Assembly (NCBI RefSeq): GCF_018977255.1
Contig: NW_024704742.1
Span: 63,428,001-63,492,000 of the forward strand
Reading direction: 5' to 3'
DNA: 64,000 nt
DNA from: Callorhinchus milii
Lineage: Eukaryota
The position numbers and the translations under genes were made by a program. Below the pieces are notes generated by a model. The model did not search any database, had not been told where the DNA came from, and worked only from the letters and a program-made list of their open reading frames with translations. Shown here in pieces: positions 36,450 to 49,590 of the stretch (the first letter of the stretch is position 1; every line of letters begins with the position of its first letter).

Positions 36450-36900
36450 TGACTCAATTTCCCAGTTATCCTTCCTACCCCATAACCAATCACTGACCAA
36501 ACACTGCTGAAACCCTCATTCATGATTTTGTCGCTTTCCACCACGATTTTTCTAATGCACTCTTCGCCGATCTCCCCAGCTGCACTACAAACAAGTTCAA
36601 ATAATATAAAACTCTGCTGCCATGTCCTCACCCATACCAGGGTCCACATGCCCTTCACCCAGTTCTTGCCAGGCTCCACTGGCTCTCTTTTACAGAATGG
36701 ATCGATTTCAAAATGTTCACTCACTTTGAAATCAATTCACACACTGGCACCTCCCTACCTCTCCGATCTGCTCACACCCAAGTCCACTACCCACCTCCTT
36801 CGCTCAGCTGGCTCAGGTGTTCTACATCCCTAGTCCCCTTTGCTCCATCAATGGTGGCCGTGCTTTCAGCTACTATGCCCCAAATCTCTGTAACTCTGAC
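36450..36900 (+). mobile_element. Old L2 3' fragment
   Basis: Decayed AETLIH, QNSAA and LAPPYLSDLL motifs. Confidence 0.7.
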
Positions 36901-39900
36901 ATTAGCTTACTATTCCCTGTAAAACATTTTCTTCCACATCCACATCAGCTTCTGTAAAACAGACCACTGTAACATCTGAGTTCACGAGAGATCACAAAGA
37001 GAGGTTAAGACGAAGACGGTCCATTGGCCCATTTGATCTCATCCTTCGGGAACACCCATTGTCCTGTCCTTCCCTCCTATCATAGCATCAAGTTGTTTCT
37101 TAAATAAGTCCAGCATCCTGGCCTCAACGCCCCTTCCTGTTAACCCATTCCACAAGATCATAAAATTGGTCTGGATGAAGAAGACCCTTCAGCCCATCCA
37201 ATCTCATCCCTCCAGCACATCCACCTGAAAACTGGTATCAGTCCTGAAAATCAGCCAGGATTCCTGTTCCTGACTATGACAGCCCTGCTAGAGGGAACAT
37301 GTATGTGTATGCTGGGTGAAGAAAGATTGTGCTTGGCTGCGATGCCGCCTCATGTAAATCCATATGAGGTGCTATAACCTAGGGAAACACAGAGTTTAAA
37401 CACATAAGACTCCATAGTACAATCACAATACTTGTATTATTAATACTGGCTGCCGAGTTTCGCCCACAAAATACAGTCATCCTACTTTGCAATATATTCT
37501 ATGAAATACATTGAGACATCTCAAAGACGTCATCAGGCACTATATCAAATGCAAGGTTTATTATTATTGAGAAGTTTGGTCTTGTCATCCTTTTCAGCAA
37601 GGAGAGGGATGGAAAGATCGATTGTTATAGCATCTTATCATTTAATTGAAACAGATTTGACGGTAAAGAGTATGTACTTGGAGAGGAACGTACAGCACTG
37701 TTCCACAAACATGCGTGAAGCTTGGGTTTATTTTACTGGCGAGCAGCCAGCTGACAGGGAGAAGCCCTGTGGGGGAATCGGAAGCTGGGAGCAGGTAAGT
37801 TCTTATTCAACAAGAATGGCACTAATTAAGAAAGAGTAACAGATTTGCAGGATTCCTTAAAGCATTTCAGAGGCTAATTAAACCAAAAGAATGCCTGCAA
37901 ATGTCAGGGGCACAACACATATTCATGCTTTACTTTTGAAATTCTATTTCTTATAGAACCAAGAATCATAGAGGATTTGATAGACATATTTGTCATCAGG
38001 AAGCTAAAGCCAAATTTTTTAAAAATCAGCACACCCTCCATGGCTGTTTGTGGGACACTGCTGTGCACAAACTGGCTGCCATATTTCTCCCTCAAACTTA
38101 CACGTTACAATAGGTCCAGTGAAGCACTTTGAGAGGTCTCAATGAAGTGATGAGGCACTATATCAAATGCAATGATAAGTATTATTATTAAAGCATTTTT
38201 TTCCCATTAAATTAAAGCTAAACCTATTGTTTCAAAAATTGGATGGTATTTGATGTGAGAATGGGCTAAACTCTGTCTCCCTTTTATTTTCCTAATAGAT
38301 TTTTGATATGAGAATAGATATGAATGTAGAAGGTTGACAGCATTTCTAGACCCAAAGGGAGTAAACATTATTTGTATTAAACATCCCAGACAGTAAGGCT
38401 AGACCAATCAATTGGGGAAGAAGACTTGATCCTGTCTACCCTTCTATTGATCTGTCTACCCTTAATTCTCTGATAGGGTGTATAGTGACCAGCCCTTCCA
38501 GCTATTAATTCATGCACTCATTCATTCATTCATTCCCAGTATATTAAAAAAATCTGAATGTTATTGTTAAAGCCTTAAGAACTGTCGCTCAGAGATGGTA
38601 TCCTGTGAAAGGACACTATGTAAATGCAAGTTATTGCTGTTCTCAGTTATACAGAAAGATATACAAATATTCCTCAAGGCCTATTTCATGAACAGAGAAT
38701 TTTAATTAATAATAATCTTTACATTTGATATCATGCCTTTCACATTGGGAGAATGTCTCAAAGCACTTCACAGGATAGGCTGTAAACTGTAATTTTTTTG
38801 GGGGGTAGGGGAATGATTATTAACCAGGACATCAGTAGAAACTCCGAGTCTTTTTGAATAGTGCCATGGGATCTTTATGGATCCAAGCAACAGGGATGCA
38901 CCAGAGGGACTTCCTCTGGCCAATTTGCAAAGTCCAGGATCAAGCAGTCAGGTGGATTTGTGGCAAACGTTGGAAGCAGCTGCAGTGGGGGGAGAGCTTC
39001 AGTCTACACTGACCTATCGCTAAGCACCTTGGAGGCAGAATTGGCTTAACAGCGGGCACGTCTATTTGCCAAGGCCCCTCACATAAGGATCTGGAATAAG
39101 CAGCTGGTGCTTGAGACCTTGAGAACATTAAGATGGCTGGCAGACCGCAAGCTGCCTGTAAAGGTCTTCCCACCACACTGTAGGCAGATGTTTGTAAGAT
39201 AACTGATGAGGAAATTCTGAGGCTTGGGGAACAGCTGCTGGAAGGGGTTATCTGGAGTCCAAATTCGTGACCATATGTTCAAACACCACCTTGTTTGGTT
39301 TGCAGAGCGATCAGACCCCATAAAATAAGAAGAATGAATACTGCAACACAGTATGGAAATAACTGTAGGATTAAACTACACAAAGGGATTTTTGTTTTAT
39401 TTAAGTGTTTCGATCTACTTAAGTTTTAGAAGATAATTGCTCCAATAAATACCCATTTTGTTCCAAACGTGTATTGATGCTTACAAAACTGTTACAATGT
39501 TACCAGTCAATGCCAGGAAAATCACCAGAGGAGTCTGGTTCATTCCGCTAATGCACAGCACTCTGCTTGCCCTGTTTTATAAAGCAGTTTTTAAATAATT
39601 TAAAGAAATATACTACAGTGCTGTCATCTTTAATGATGCAAAATGTCCCAGAAAGAATGGCTATTTTATTCATTAATTTATTCAACGTCCTTATCTCAGT
39701 AAATAAGCTTTCATAATAAAAAGGTAAGGTACGTAACAATTCTAGGATTGACTGTTTCTGTTCCACTGTGCTTCAGTCACTGTATTATAAAGGATTACCT
39801 AATAATAATCCTTGCATTTGATACAGTGCTTTATCATGTCATCAAAATGTCTCAAAGCCCTTCTTAAGATTTGCTGTAAAGTGCAGTTAATGTGCATTCA

Positions 39901-41279
39901 TAAGTGAATTCAACCAGACGTTGTTGTTCAAACCCATTGCTGGAGATTTATAGTAAGTAACGATATTAAGGGATATGGAGAAAAGGCAAAGAAATAGAGT
40001 TGAAGAGTGTTTCAATGGACCAAATAGCCTAATGCTGTTCAAATGTTCCTATTCGTGACAGTAATTGTAAACCAGGCCACGAGAGAGAAGAAATGACCTC
40101 AAGAGATGGTTGCAGCTTCCTCATTCCTGAGTAAACCCTCAGTAGAACAAGCTGACATGGATTTAGAATAATAATGATCCTTGCATTTGATATAGTGCCT
40201 TTTCACATCGTTCAGGCATCACAAAACGCTTCATAGGATAGTGTTGACTGCAATGGATCAATTCTATGTATTTAATTTAAATAAAATTATTAAAATATAA
40301 TCTTTTAGCTTTTCAGACACCAAGATGATTAAACTCGCAGAGATAGCTGCCCCTTCAATAATATGTTTTATTCAGAAACCTTTATATAGTGATGTGCATG
40401 AACAGAAAGGCTTATTTACCGATCAAGGAAACCGTGTAATTATTGTATACTATCCTCCAGAGGCTGTTTCAACTTTCAGCTAGTTAGTGACCAATATTTA
40501 TACCCCCTTAACAACATGTTTCTGATCTGGTGCTTAACCCCACCCTTCAATCCATCATCACTTTCCAATCGTGTTACAATTTTACTGTTTAAATATTTCA
40601 ATTGACCCACTCATATGATAGTTCTAAATGTCTACACTAAATTTCTTCAGGGTCTTTTTTTCTATTTAATTGTATACGATAACAATAATAATGCATTTGA
40701 TAGATATTTGTTAGGTAAGGGTATTAAGGGATACAGGCAAGGGCAGGTAATTGGACTTGAGGTACAGATCAGTCATGATCTTATAGAATAGCGGAAGAGG
40801 CTCAAGGGGATGATTGGCCTACTCCTATTTCTGTTCTATGTTTCTATATAGCGCATTATCACTTTATTGAGATGTCTTAAAGCGCTTCACAGGACTTGCT
40901 GTGAAGTATAGTGACTGTGTATTTGTAGACAAACTTGATAGCAAACAACATATATGGCGCTATGCCAAATGTAAGGATTATTATATTATATTATTATTAT
41001 ATGCTCTAAACTTTCCTTTCAAGCATTTCATCATTTCCACGCTGAACGACCGCAAAAACCTCTAAACAATGGGAAATTTTACTGCAGTATAAATTGTACT
41101 TCCAGTACAAAATTTTTTTTAGATGTGTGCTCTGAAATAAATGCAGTGCAATGTACAGTGGTATGATTATATATAGTTGCATCTATATTTAAAAAGGGAG
41201 TTAAAACAAACCCAGGGAACTATAGACCTGTCAGCTTAACAGCAGTGATATGAAAGGTAATGGAATCCTTACTGAAGGA

Positions 41280-41286
<7 letters not shown>

Positions 41287-41321
<35 letters not shown>

Positions 41322-41624
41322 CCTTGCATTTGATATAGCGCTTTTCACGTCGGGAGGACGTCCCAAAGCGCTTCACAGAACACACTGTAAAGTGAATTGA
41401 CTGTATATTTGTGGGCGAACGCGGCAGCCAATTGCGCACAGCAATGTCCCACAAACAGTCGTAGATTGAAAATGACCAATTTATTATTGTTTTGGGGGTT
41501 TTGGAGGGATTATTATTAGGCGTATGGAGTAAGGAAACTTGCCCAAGGTTTCGCCCTGCCTGGAATTGAACTCAGGTCTCTCGCTTGCAAAGCGAGTGCT
41601 CTAACCACTGAGCTACAGGACTCC
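41287..41624 (-). mobile_element. Young tRNA-headed SINE with a long (ATT)n tail and an AGGTAATA target-site duplication
   Basis: Near-identical to 2249-2570 in reverse; AGGTAATA at 41279-41286 and 41625-41632. Confidence 0.92.
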
Positions 41625-41632
41625 AGGTAATA

Positions 41633-42131
41633 CAACAACAACAACAAAAGTACATTTATAAAGCGCCTTTCACATCAGGAGGACTAAACAGTCAGGTGTC
41701 GGGGCCCGAGCATGGGGGAGGGGTGGTGTAGGGGTGAGCGAAGGCAAAGAGGTGGGAGGGAGACCAAATGCACGGTCGAAGAGAAGGGTCAAGAGACCGG
41801 CCTTGAAGGAGACAAGGGAAGAAGCGAGGCAAAGGGACCGTGGGATGGAGTTCCAGAGTGCGGGGGCAGAGAGGCTGAAAGCCCGGCCACTGATGGTAGG
41901 GCGGGTCGGGCGGGAGACATGGAGCAGGCCGGAGCCCGCTGAGCGGAAGGAGTGGACAGGTTGGTTGGGAGTCAGCAGGTCAGAGAGGTAGGAGGGGGCA
42001 AGGCCATGGATGGCCTTAAAGGTGAGGATGAGGATCTTGAACTCAATCCTCTGGGGGATGGGGAGTCAGTGGAGTTGGGCGAGGGCGGGAGTGATGGGGT
42101 CACGGAGCCTGATGCGTGAGAGTACATGAAC
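41633..42131 (-). mobile_element. L2 (subfamily B) 3' fragment
   Basis: Near-identical to 11280-11795; flanked by TAATA on both sides. Confidence 0.9.
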
Positions 42132-43786
42132 TAATAGAAAAACATCTAGAAACGGAAAACATAATAAAGAATAGTCAGCATGGATTTCAAAAAGGAAGGT
42201 CATGCTTGACCAACCTTATTGGATTCTCATTTTTATCCCTCTAGAAATGAACCTCAATGCCTGGTTTGCTTTTTTATGGCCATATTAACCTGTGTTGCTA
42301 CTTTTAGTGAATTGTGTATGTGTACCCCTAGATCCCTTTGCTCCTCTACCCCATTTAGGTATTTATTTTCCAGGATGTATGTGACTTCCTTATTCCTTCT
42401 ACCAAAATATACCACCTCACATTTTTTTACATTGAAATGCATTTGCCATTTAAATGCCCTTTCAGCAAGTTTATTATTGTCAAATGTTTATTAATATCTC
42501 ATTGGGTAACAGAAAGAGTAGACAAGGGTAATGCAGTAAATGTAATATATTTAGATTTCCGAAAGGCGTTCGATAAGGTACCACATAATAGACTAATGAA
42601 TAAGGTCAGAACATGTGGAGTCAGAAAAGTAACAGAATGGATAGCAAGCTGTGCACAAAACAGAAAACAGAGAGTAGGGGTGAAGGATAGCTACTCAGAT
42701 TGGCAAGGGTGGGCAGTGATATTCCACAAGGATTGGTATTGGGACCACTTTGTTCACAATATACATTAATGATTTGGATTTGGGAATCAGCTGTACAATT
42801 TCAAAATTTGCGGAAGACACCAAATTGGGGGGAGTAGTTAATATAGAGAAGGACTGCAACAAATTACAGCAAAACATTAATAAACTTGCTGAGTGGGCAT
42901 TCAAATGCCAAATGCATTTCAATGTAGAAAAGTGTGAGATGGTACATTCTGGTAGAAGGAATAAGGAGGTCACATACATCCTGGAAAATAAATACCTAAA
43001 TGGGGTAGAGGATCTAGGGTACACGTACACAATTCACTAAAAGTACCAACACAGGTTAATAAGGCATAAAAAAAGCAAACCAGGCATTGGGGTTCATTTC
43101 TGGAAGGATAGAAATGAAAAGCAGCGAAGTTATGGTAAACTTCTATAAAACCAGTTGGGCCGAATGGGCTGTTTTTGTGCTGTATATTCTAATGGATTCT
43201 AATGTATGAATCCATCTTCTGATGTCTTCTCAAGCTGATGATTTTTTTTCTTGAACTTCAAAAATCATATATTCCACATAGATATTGGCACAAGCAACAT
43301 AGTGAATGTATTGTTTCATTTCAAGCATAATTGAGTTCATCGCTAACAGCATTCTGTCGGGTAAAACACAGCAGCAAATTGACTGTTTTTAGTGAATAAT
43401 GCCTTCTAACAAATTACAAGTACTGAGTGTCCCTTTTTATCAGCTTTCAGGCTCTTGTGGCGTTTCTGAATAGCTCCTTTACATTGTTTATTGGGATAAA
43501 CTGTGCACATATTGATTGTTGAAATCCAGTTTGATAATAAAATGCTCGAGACCTAGAAGAAAAAAGGTTATGTGAATTTTAATAGAAGTTAAAGGATTCT
43601 TTGGAGACATTCCTACTTTTAATGCAGTCTATTGCAAGAATTTCAGTCAACTATATTCCTATCAGTATTCCAATAACTATTGCAAACCTTCAAAATTCAA
43701 GGCTCAAAGCAATTTGGGTCAGGCTAGCTCACTTGGTAGCACCCTCATCTCTGATTCACCAGGTTGTGGGTTCAAGTCCTATATCA

Positions 43787-44753
43787 ATCCCAACTCTATC
43801 TCTATGCCTCCACCCTCGACTGATGTCCTGACAGACTCCTGTCAGATATCAAGTCCTGAATGGGAGCCAATCTTTTACAGTTGAACGTCAGCAAGACTGA
43901 GTCTCTCCTGATTGGCTCACGCCAGGGCCTCCACACCTCAGGCACTGGCAGCATCAGCACCCAGGGATGCACACACCACCTCACCGAGCCTGTCAGGAAC
44001 CTGGGCGTCTTGTTTGACCCTCAACTGTCCTTTCTCCCCCACGTCCGTGCCATGATCCGCTCTGCCTTCCCCCACCTCCGCAACATTACCCGTCTTCCAC
44101 CGTTGCCTCAGCCCTCAGGCCGCCAAAACCTGCATATATGCCTTAATTGCATCCAGGCTCGACTATGCCAATGCCCTCCTTGTCGACCTCCCCAACTCTT
44201 CCTTCCACAAGCTGCAGATCATCCAGAATCTTGTAGCTCCTGTCCTCTCCCACACCAGACTCTGTGACCCCATCACCCCCACCCTCCCCCGGCTCCACTG
44301 GCTTCCCATCCCTCAAAGGATCCAGTTCAAAATCCTCATCCTCATCTTCAAGGCCCTCCATGGCCTTGCCCCCTCCTACTTCTCAGACCTGCTGACCCCT
44401 TATCAACCTGTCCACTCCCTCCGCTCAGCAGACTCCGGCTTACTCCACACACCCACACAGCCCACCCCACCATCAATGGTCAGGCCTTCAGCCTCTCTGC
44501 CCCCACCCTCTGGAACTCCATCCCACATTCCCTTCGCCTCACTCCCTCCCTTGCCTCCTTCAAAGCACATCTCAAGACCTCCTCTTCGATGCCACCTTCG
44601 GCCACCCTCCTACCTTCTCTGCCCTCCACCCTCCCTGATCCCAACACCTCCCCCACCCCATTCTCCCCACCCACTTGGTTCCTAATTCCTGACTGTTCAG
44701 TGCCTTGGGACATCCTCCCAACGTGAAAGATGCTTTACAAGTGTAATTTTATA
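43787..44753 (+). mobile_element. L2 3' fragment with an 8-bp target-site duplication, inserted in a Deu-SINE head
   Basis: ANLLQLNVSKTE, VRNLGVLFDPQLSF; CTATATCA at 43779-43786 and 44754-44761. Confidence 0.9.
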
Positions 44754-47205
44754 CTATATCAGGACTTGGAACTCATACTGTCTAAGCTGACAGTGCAGTG
44801 CTGGGGATTGTTGCATTGTTGGAGATGCCGTCCTTTGAATGAGACATTAAACTAAGTCCCAGGTTGCCTGTTCAGGAGGATATTAAAAATCTCTTGGCAC
44901 TAATTAAAAAGAGAAGGAAGTTTCTCCCAGTGTCCTGGCCAGCAATGCCCCAAATAAAATTAGTCATTTACTTTGTGACTGTTTGTGAGACTTTGCTGTG
45001 AGCAAATTGCCTACTGCATTTGCACACACTTAACCACTGCACTTCACAGTATATCCTGTGACGTGCTTTGAGTCATCCTCCTGATGTAAAACACTTAGCA
45101 CAGGAGAGGTTATAAAAAGAAGTCATAAATGCTGAAAATCTGAAATAAACTTAGAAAGTGCTGAATATGCACAGTGGGTCGATCAGGAGCTGGAAGAAAA
45201 AAGTAGAGTAATGATTCTGATTCAAGCTTTTATTGAGCCCAGGGTCACATTGAAATACTACCTATCTCTTTGCCAAATGTCATTGAAGGCACCAAGGTCA
45301 TCAATGCTTGGCAACCAGAATTCCTCTAGTTACAAATTGCTGTGATCTTATTTGTTGCTACATCCAATGTCAAGTATTTGTTCATTGACTGTCATCAGAA
45401 GGTTTGGGTTCAAGCCCCACGCCTGGAATTTAAACTCCCAGTCTAGGCTGACACACACCAATAAATATAGAGTAGCACTACATTGTTAGAAGTGCTGTAC
45501 TTCAGACAAAACAGTGACCCAAGATCCCGGTTGCTTAGTAAAAGGTTAAACCAGAAACACCATCCCAGTACATCACTGGAGTGTCATCTTAGACTGTATG
45601 AGCTCCAAGTCCTGATATGGGACTTGAACCCACAACCTGGTGAGTCAGAGGCGAGGGTGCTACCAAGTGACCTAGCCTGACCCAAATTGCTTTGAGTCTT
45701 GAATTTTGAAGGTTTGCAATAGTTGATGGAATACTGCTAGGAATACAGTTCGGATAGACATTAAAGATCCCATGGCACCACTCAAAAAGAAAAGGGAGTT
45801 TCTCCAATTGTCCTGGACAGATAAAATTGATCATTCACTTCAAGGCTCTTTTAGGGTTACTGTTGTTCAGAAATTGACAGCTGTGTAGGGATTTCTCCTC
45901 TAAAAAATGCACAAGGTCACTAGATTTTAGTGTAAATTCTGTTAAGTGCTTTTAAATATCCTCCCAATGTGAAATGTCCTATGTCAAATGCAATGATTCT
46001 TATTATTTCCTATTTGTCTCACAAGCACAGTCACTTCACTTTACAGAAATTATCTTTCAAGCATTTTGAGATGTTTCAACATTATAGACACAATATCAAA
46101 TGCAATTATTGTATTATTATATTACATCCCACTTAAGCTATTATGACATTTATCATGCACTTCCACTTAACAAATCAAGCTAATAATTACTTTAAATGAC
46201 TATGTGCTTGTCAAATAGTTCTAGAGACTGTTGGGTGTCTTTCTCTTGTCTGAACCTTTTACTGGTTAAGATTTCTGAATGATTGAGCTGCAGGAAGCAA
46301 CTCAGCTGCTATCAGTTATGGCTTATTGGAGAGCAGCAACATATGAAATGACAGATAGCAATGCGAACACTACTGGATGTTGATCAGCAGAAGCCAGAGC
46401 TACTGCTAGCTTGATACACATTGGTCCACTGTTCCCAGAATGTTTTGGGGAGCTCACGGAATACAATTATGATTATTGAGAAATCAAGAACCTACGTTAA
46501 GTTGCGCCTGGTGGGCATATGGATTAATAATAATAATATTCCTTGCATTTGATATAGTGTCTTATCACGTCTTCAAAGCACTTCATAGAATATCAGGTAA
46601 AGTGAATTGAGTGTATATTTTGTAGGCAAAACATGACAGCCAATTGCGCACAACATTGTCTCACAAATAGTCGTGGATTGAGTGACCAAATTATTATTAT
46701 TATTTTTTTGAAGGGATTATTACTCCTATCCCATCAATATACGAGTATATCAACAACAACAAATTGAATTTACATAGGGTCTCGTCAAGATAAATCTAGA
46801 GCACTTCCAATGATGGGGTCAGAGCTCAGCAAAGGGAGATGGGAGAGGGGAGAGAGAAGGTAGAGGTGAACAGGAGCACGTTCAAAGAGTGCCATAAGGA
46901 AACACTCTCATCAGGGGACACTTTTCCAAAAAGAAAGCTCTCTATTTTGAACTTCCAGTGGTGAAGATTGGGTATTCCATACAAAAAGATAAGTCAATGT
47001 AGTTGAGCAATTTAATCTCAATTAAGACTTTTCATCTGTTTTGTTTCAAACAACAAACTAAAGCTCATTAAATGTAATGTTGTAAGTGAATTACTAAAAT
47101 CCTTATTCCACATAAAACAAAACATCCACTGTAATGTGAAAATTACAGTTCTTCACGTGCGACAATTTGTACCAACCTTTTATTTGACATGCTGCTGGTT
47201 TGTCG

Positions 47206-47527
47206 TGGAGTCCTGGAGCTCAGTGGTTAGAGCACTCGCTTTGCAAGTGAGAGACCTGAGTTCAATTCCAGGCAGGTCAGGGCGAAACCTTGGGCAAGTT
47301 TCCTTACTCCACACGCCTAATAATAATCCCTCCAAAACCAAAAACAATAATAAATCGGTCATTTTCAATCCACGACTGTTTGTGGGACATTGCTGTGCGC
47401 AATTGCTGCCGCGTTCGCCCACAAATATACAGTCAATTCACTTTACAGTGTGTTCTGTGAAGCGCTTTGGGACGTCCTCCTGACGTGAAAAGCGCTATAT
47501 CAAATGCTAGGATTATTATTATTATTA
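47206..47527 (+). mobile_element. Young full-length tRNA-headed SINE with a TTTGTCG target-site duplication
   Basis: Head to ATT tail near-identical to 2249-2570; TTTGTCG at 47199-47205 and 47528-47534. Confidence 0.92.
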
Positions 47528-48219
47528 TTTGTCGCAAGAACTTGGAGTAGGCCACCAGCAACTGGGGCAGGGATTCTTCCCACTCTGCTCCTGCTATCAC
47601 TGCAAGCCAAAGCCCTAAAAAGTAGAGTGGAATTATTTGAATAGTGAAATATTGCCAGACAGTTCTTTAAATGGGAAGCTATGCGGTTTTAGCTGTTTAA
47701 ATTCCAGCAGTACCCCAACGGACACTCTGGGGTCTCCATGCCTCACTAACTTGCATCTAATACATTCCCAAATTATGTAAGGGAGATGTGTCCCTCCAGG
47801 GAGAGAGTTCACATTCCATTCCAGACATGGAAATTTCTATGTGGAGGTGGCATGTGTGGAACTCGGTCTGATTTGGGTACTCTTAGGTACAGTGATAGCT
47901 CTGCATGTGTGTCAGACCCCTGGCTGACCCCCAAAAAGTGCTGTGGTATTTTCAGTCTGCTCTTCACCACATGCACAGTACACCGCACTGTGTTCTCATC
48001 ATGACTATACTGTTTTCCGACGCCTGTCACTGCTAACAGCCACCTGATGAAGAGAAGTTTACCAGTTGGATTCCTTTCTATAGATCCATATAATATTAAT
48101 TTATTAGTGTGAGAGACTGAAAGCAAACCAACACTGGTGCCCAGCCAATAATAATAACCTTTGCATTTGATGTAGTGCCTTATCATTTAGACATCCCAAA
48201 GCATTTCACAGGATATACT

Positions 48220-48545
48220 AATAATAATCCTACATTAGATATAGCGCCTTATCACGTCTTCGAGACATCTCAAAGGGCTTCACAGAATATACAGTTTCGC
48301 CCACTGTATTTTGTGGGCAAAACGCGGCAGCCAATTGCACACAGCAGTGTTCCACAAACAATCATGGATTGAGTGACCAAGTTATTATTATTTTTTATTT
48401 ATTTTTTGAAGGAATTATTACCCCCAGAAAAGCGATTTGCCAATCAACTAACAACAGGGTTCCTACTTGCTGCCAGGTAAACAGAGCCATGTGTGTGGAG
48501 TAAGGAAACTTGCCCGATGTTTCACCCTGCTGGGAATCGAATCCA
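48220..48545 (-). mobile_element. tRNA-headed SINE, long variant, 5'-truncated
   Basis: Reverse match to 29472-29833. Confidence 0.8.
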
Positions 48546-49259
48546 GGAGAATACAGTAAATTGTATTGACTGTTTACTTTGTGGACAAAATGCGGCAGCC
48601 AGCTGCACACAGCAATGTCCCACAGCCATGTAGTGAGTGACCAATTTTATTTTGGAGAAATCTTGAGAAAAAAACCCTTCTCTTTCTGAATAGTGCCACA
48701 GGATCTTTACCTGAACAGGCAGATGGAACCTTGGTTTAAAGTCTCATCCGAGGAACAGAACTGACATTGCAATACCTCAGCACTGCATTAGAGTTCAAAG
48801 TCTGTGAGGTTCAAAGTCCTGATGTGGGGCTTAAACCCATAATCTTCTGACTCACAGATGACAATGCTACCAATTGAGCCATCCCTTCACAATTGTAAAA
48901 TGGAGATACGTGTCATATACTTAACAATTGGTGAGTAAGACTCTGTCATCCAGGAAGCACTGAAAATATTTGTTCAGAGGCCGATCTTGACTTTGAATTA
49001 GCTACTAGAAACAGATGGAAATTGTTCCTTTTACTGACTGTTTAACATTACATGGAGAGACCAATCCATGTCTCCCATTCTTCTCTTCATTAGGAGCCTT
49101 CTGGAGATCAGCATGAAAAGCCATTCAGCAGATGTAAATAACTGTTCTATTAGTTTCGCACATTTTGGCATCTTTTAATCCATCTTGGTCCCACCCTTTC
49201 GGCACCCTCTTAATACCTCTCTAAACTAACACAGATTAGACCAGATGGGGTACTTCAGT

Positions 49260-49590
49260 CTTTAGAGTATACTGGTCAGAGGGATCCTTATAGAGGTGTA
49301 TAACATTTAAAATGGATTGAAAAGTAAATTCAGAACAATAGTTTAGGATACCACAAGCGGACATAAGTTTAGAGTTGGAAAGGGCAATTTCAGAACGGAT
49401 AGAGGAATTTTTTTTTACCCCAAAGGTTATTAATGAATGGAACGGGGTGCGAGGAAGGGTGGTTGAATCTAGTACATTGAACTCATTTAAAAGATCGTGT
49501 GATTAGGGTAGGATAGAATGTCTGTAAGAATGAGATCAGATGAGCTGAAGGCTTTCTTCATCTGAACTAATCTTGTAATCTTGTGGTCTT
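49260..49590 (+). mobile_element. CR1 3' end fragment
   Basis: RGILIEVY, GHKF and FF..KVINEWN-like remnants; tail TGAAGGCTTTCTTCATCTGAACTAATCTTGTAATCTTGT. Confidence 0.72.

Larger units (their letters stand above)
41180..43205 (+). mobile_element. CR1-clade LINE RT fragment, interrupted by a SINE, an L2 and an inverted self-copy
   Basis: PGNYRPVSLT (41211), EVIEKHLE across the inserts, SCLTNL, YLDFRKAFDKVPH, FAEDTKLGG; CR1-type 3' tail GGGCCGAATGGGCTGTTTTTGTGCTGTATATTCT. Confidence 0.9.

Noticed and set aside
41282..41321. Regularly recurring (TAA)n/(AAC)n runs and conserved ~40-bp motifs as a CRISPR-like array
   Set aside because: These are SINE and L2 3' tails dispersed at irregular spacing in vertebrate DNA. 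There is no repeat-spacer periodicity and no cas gene.
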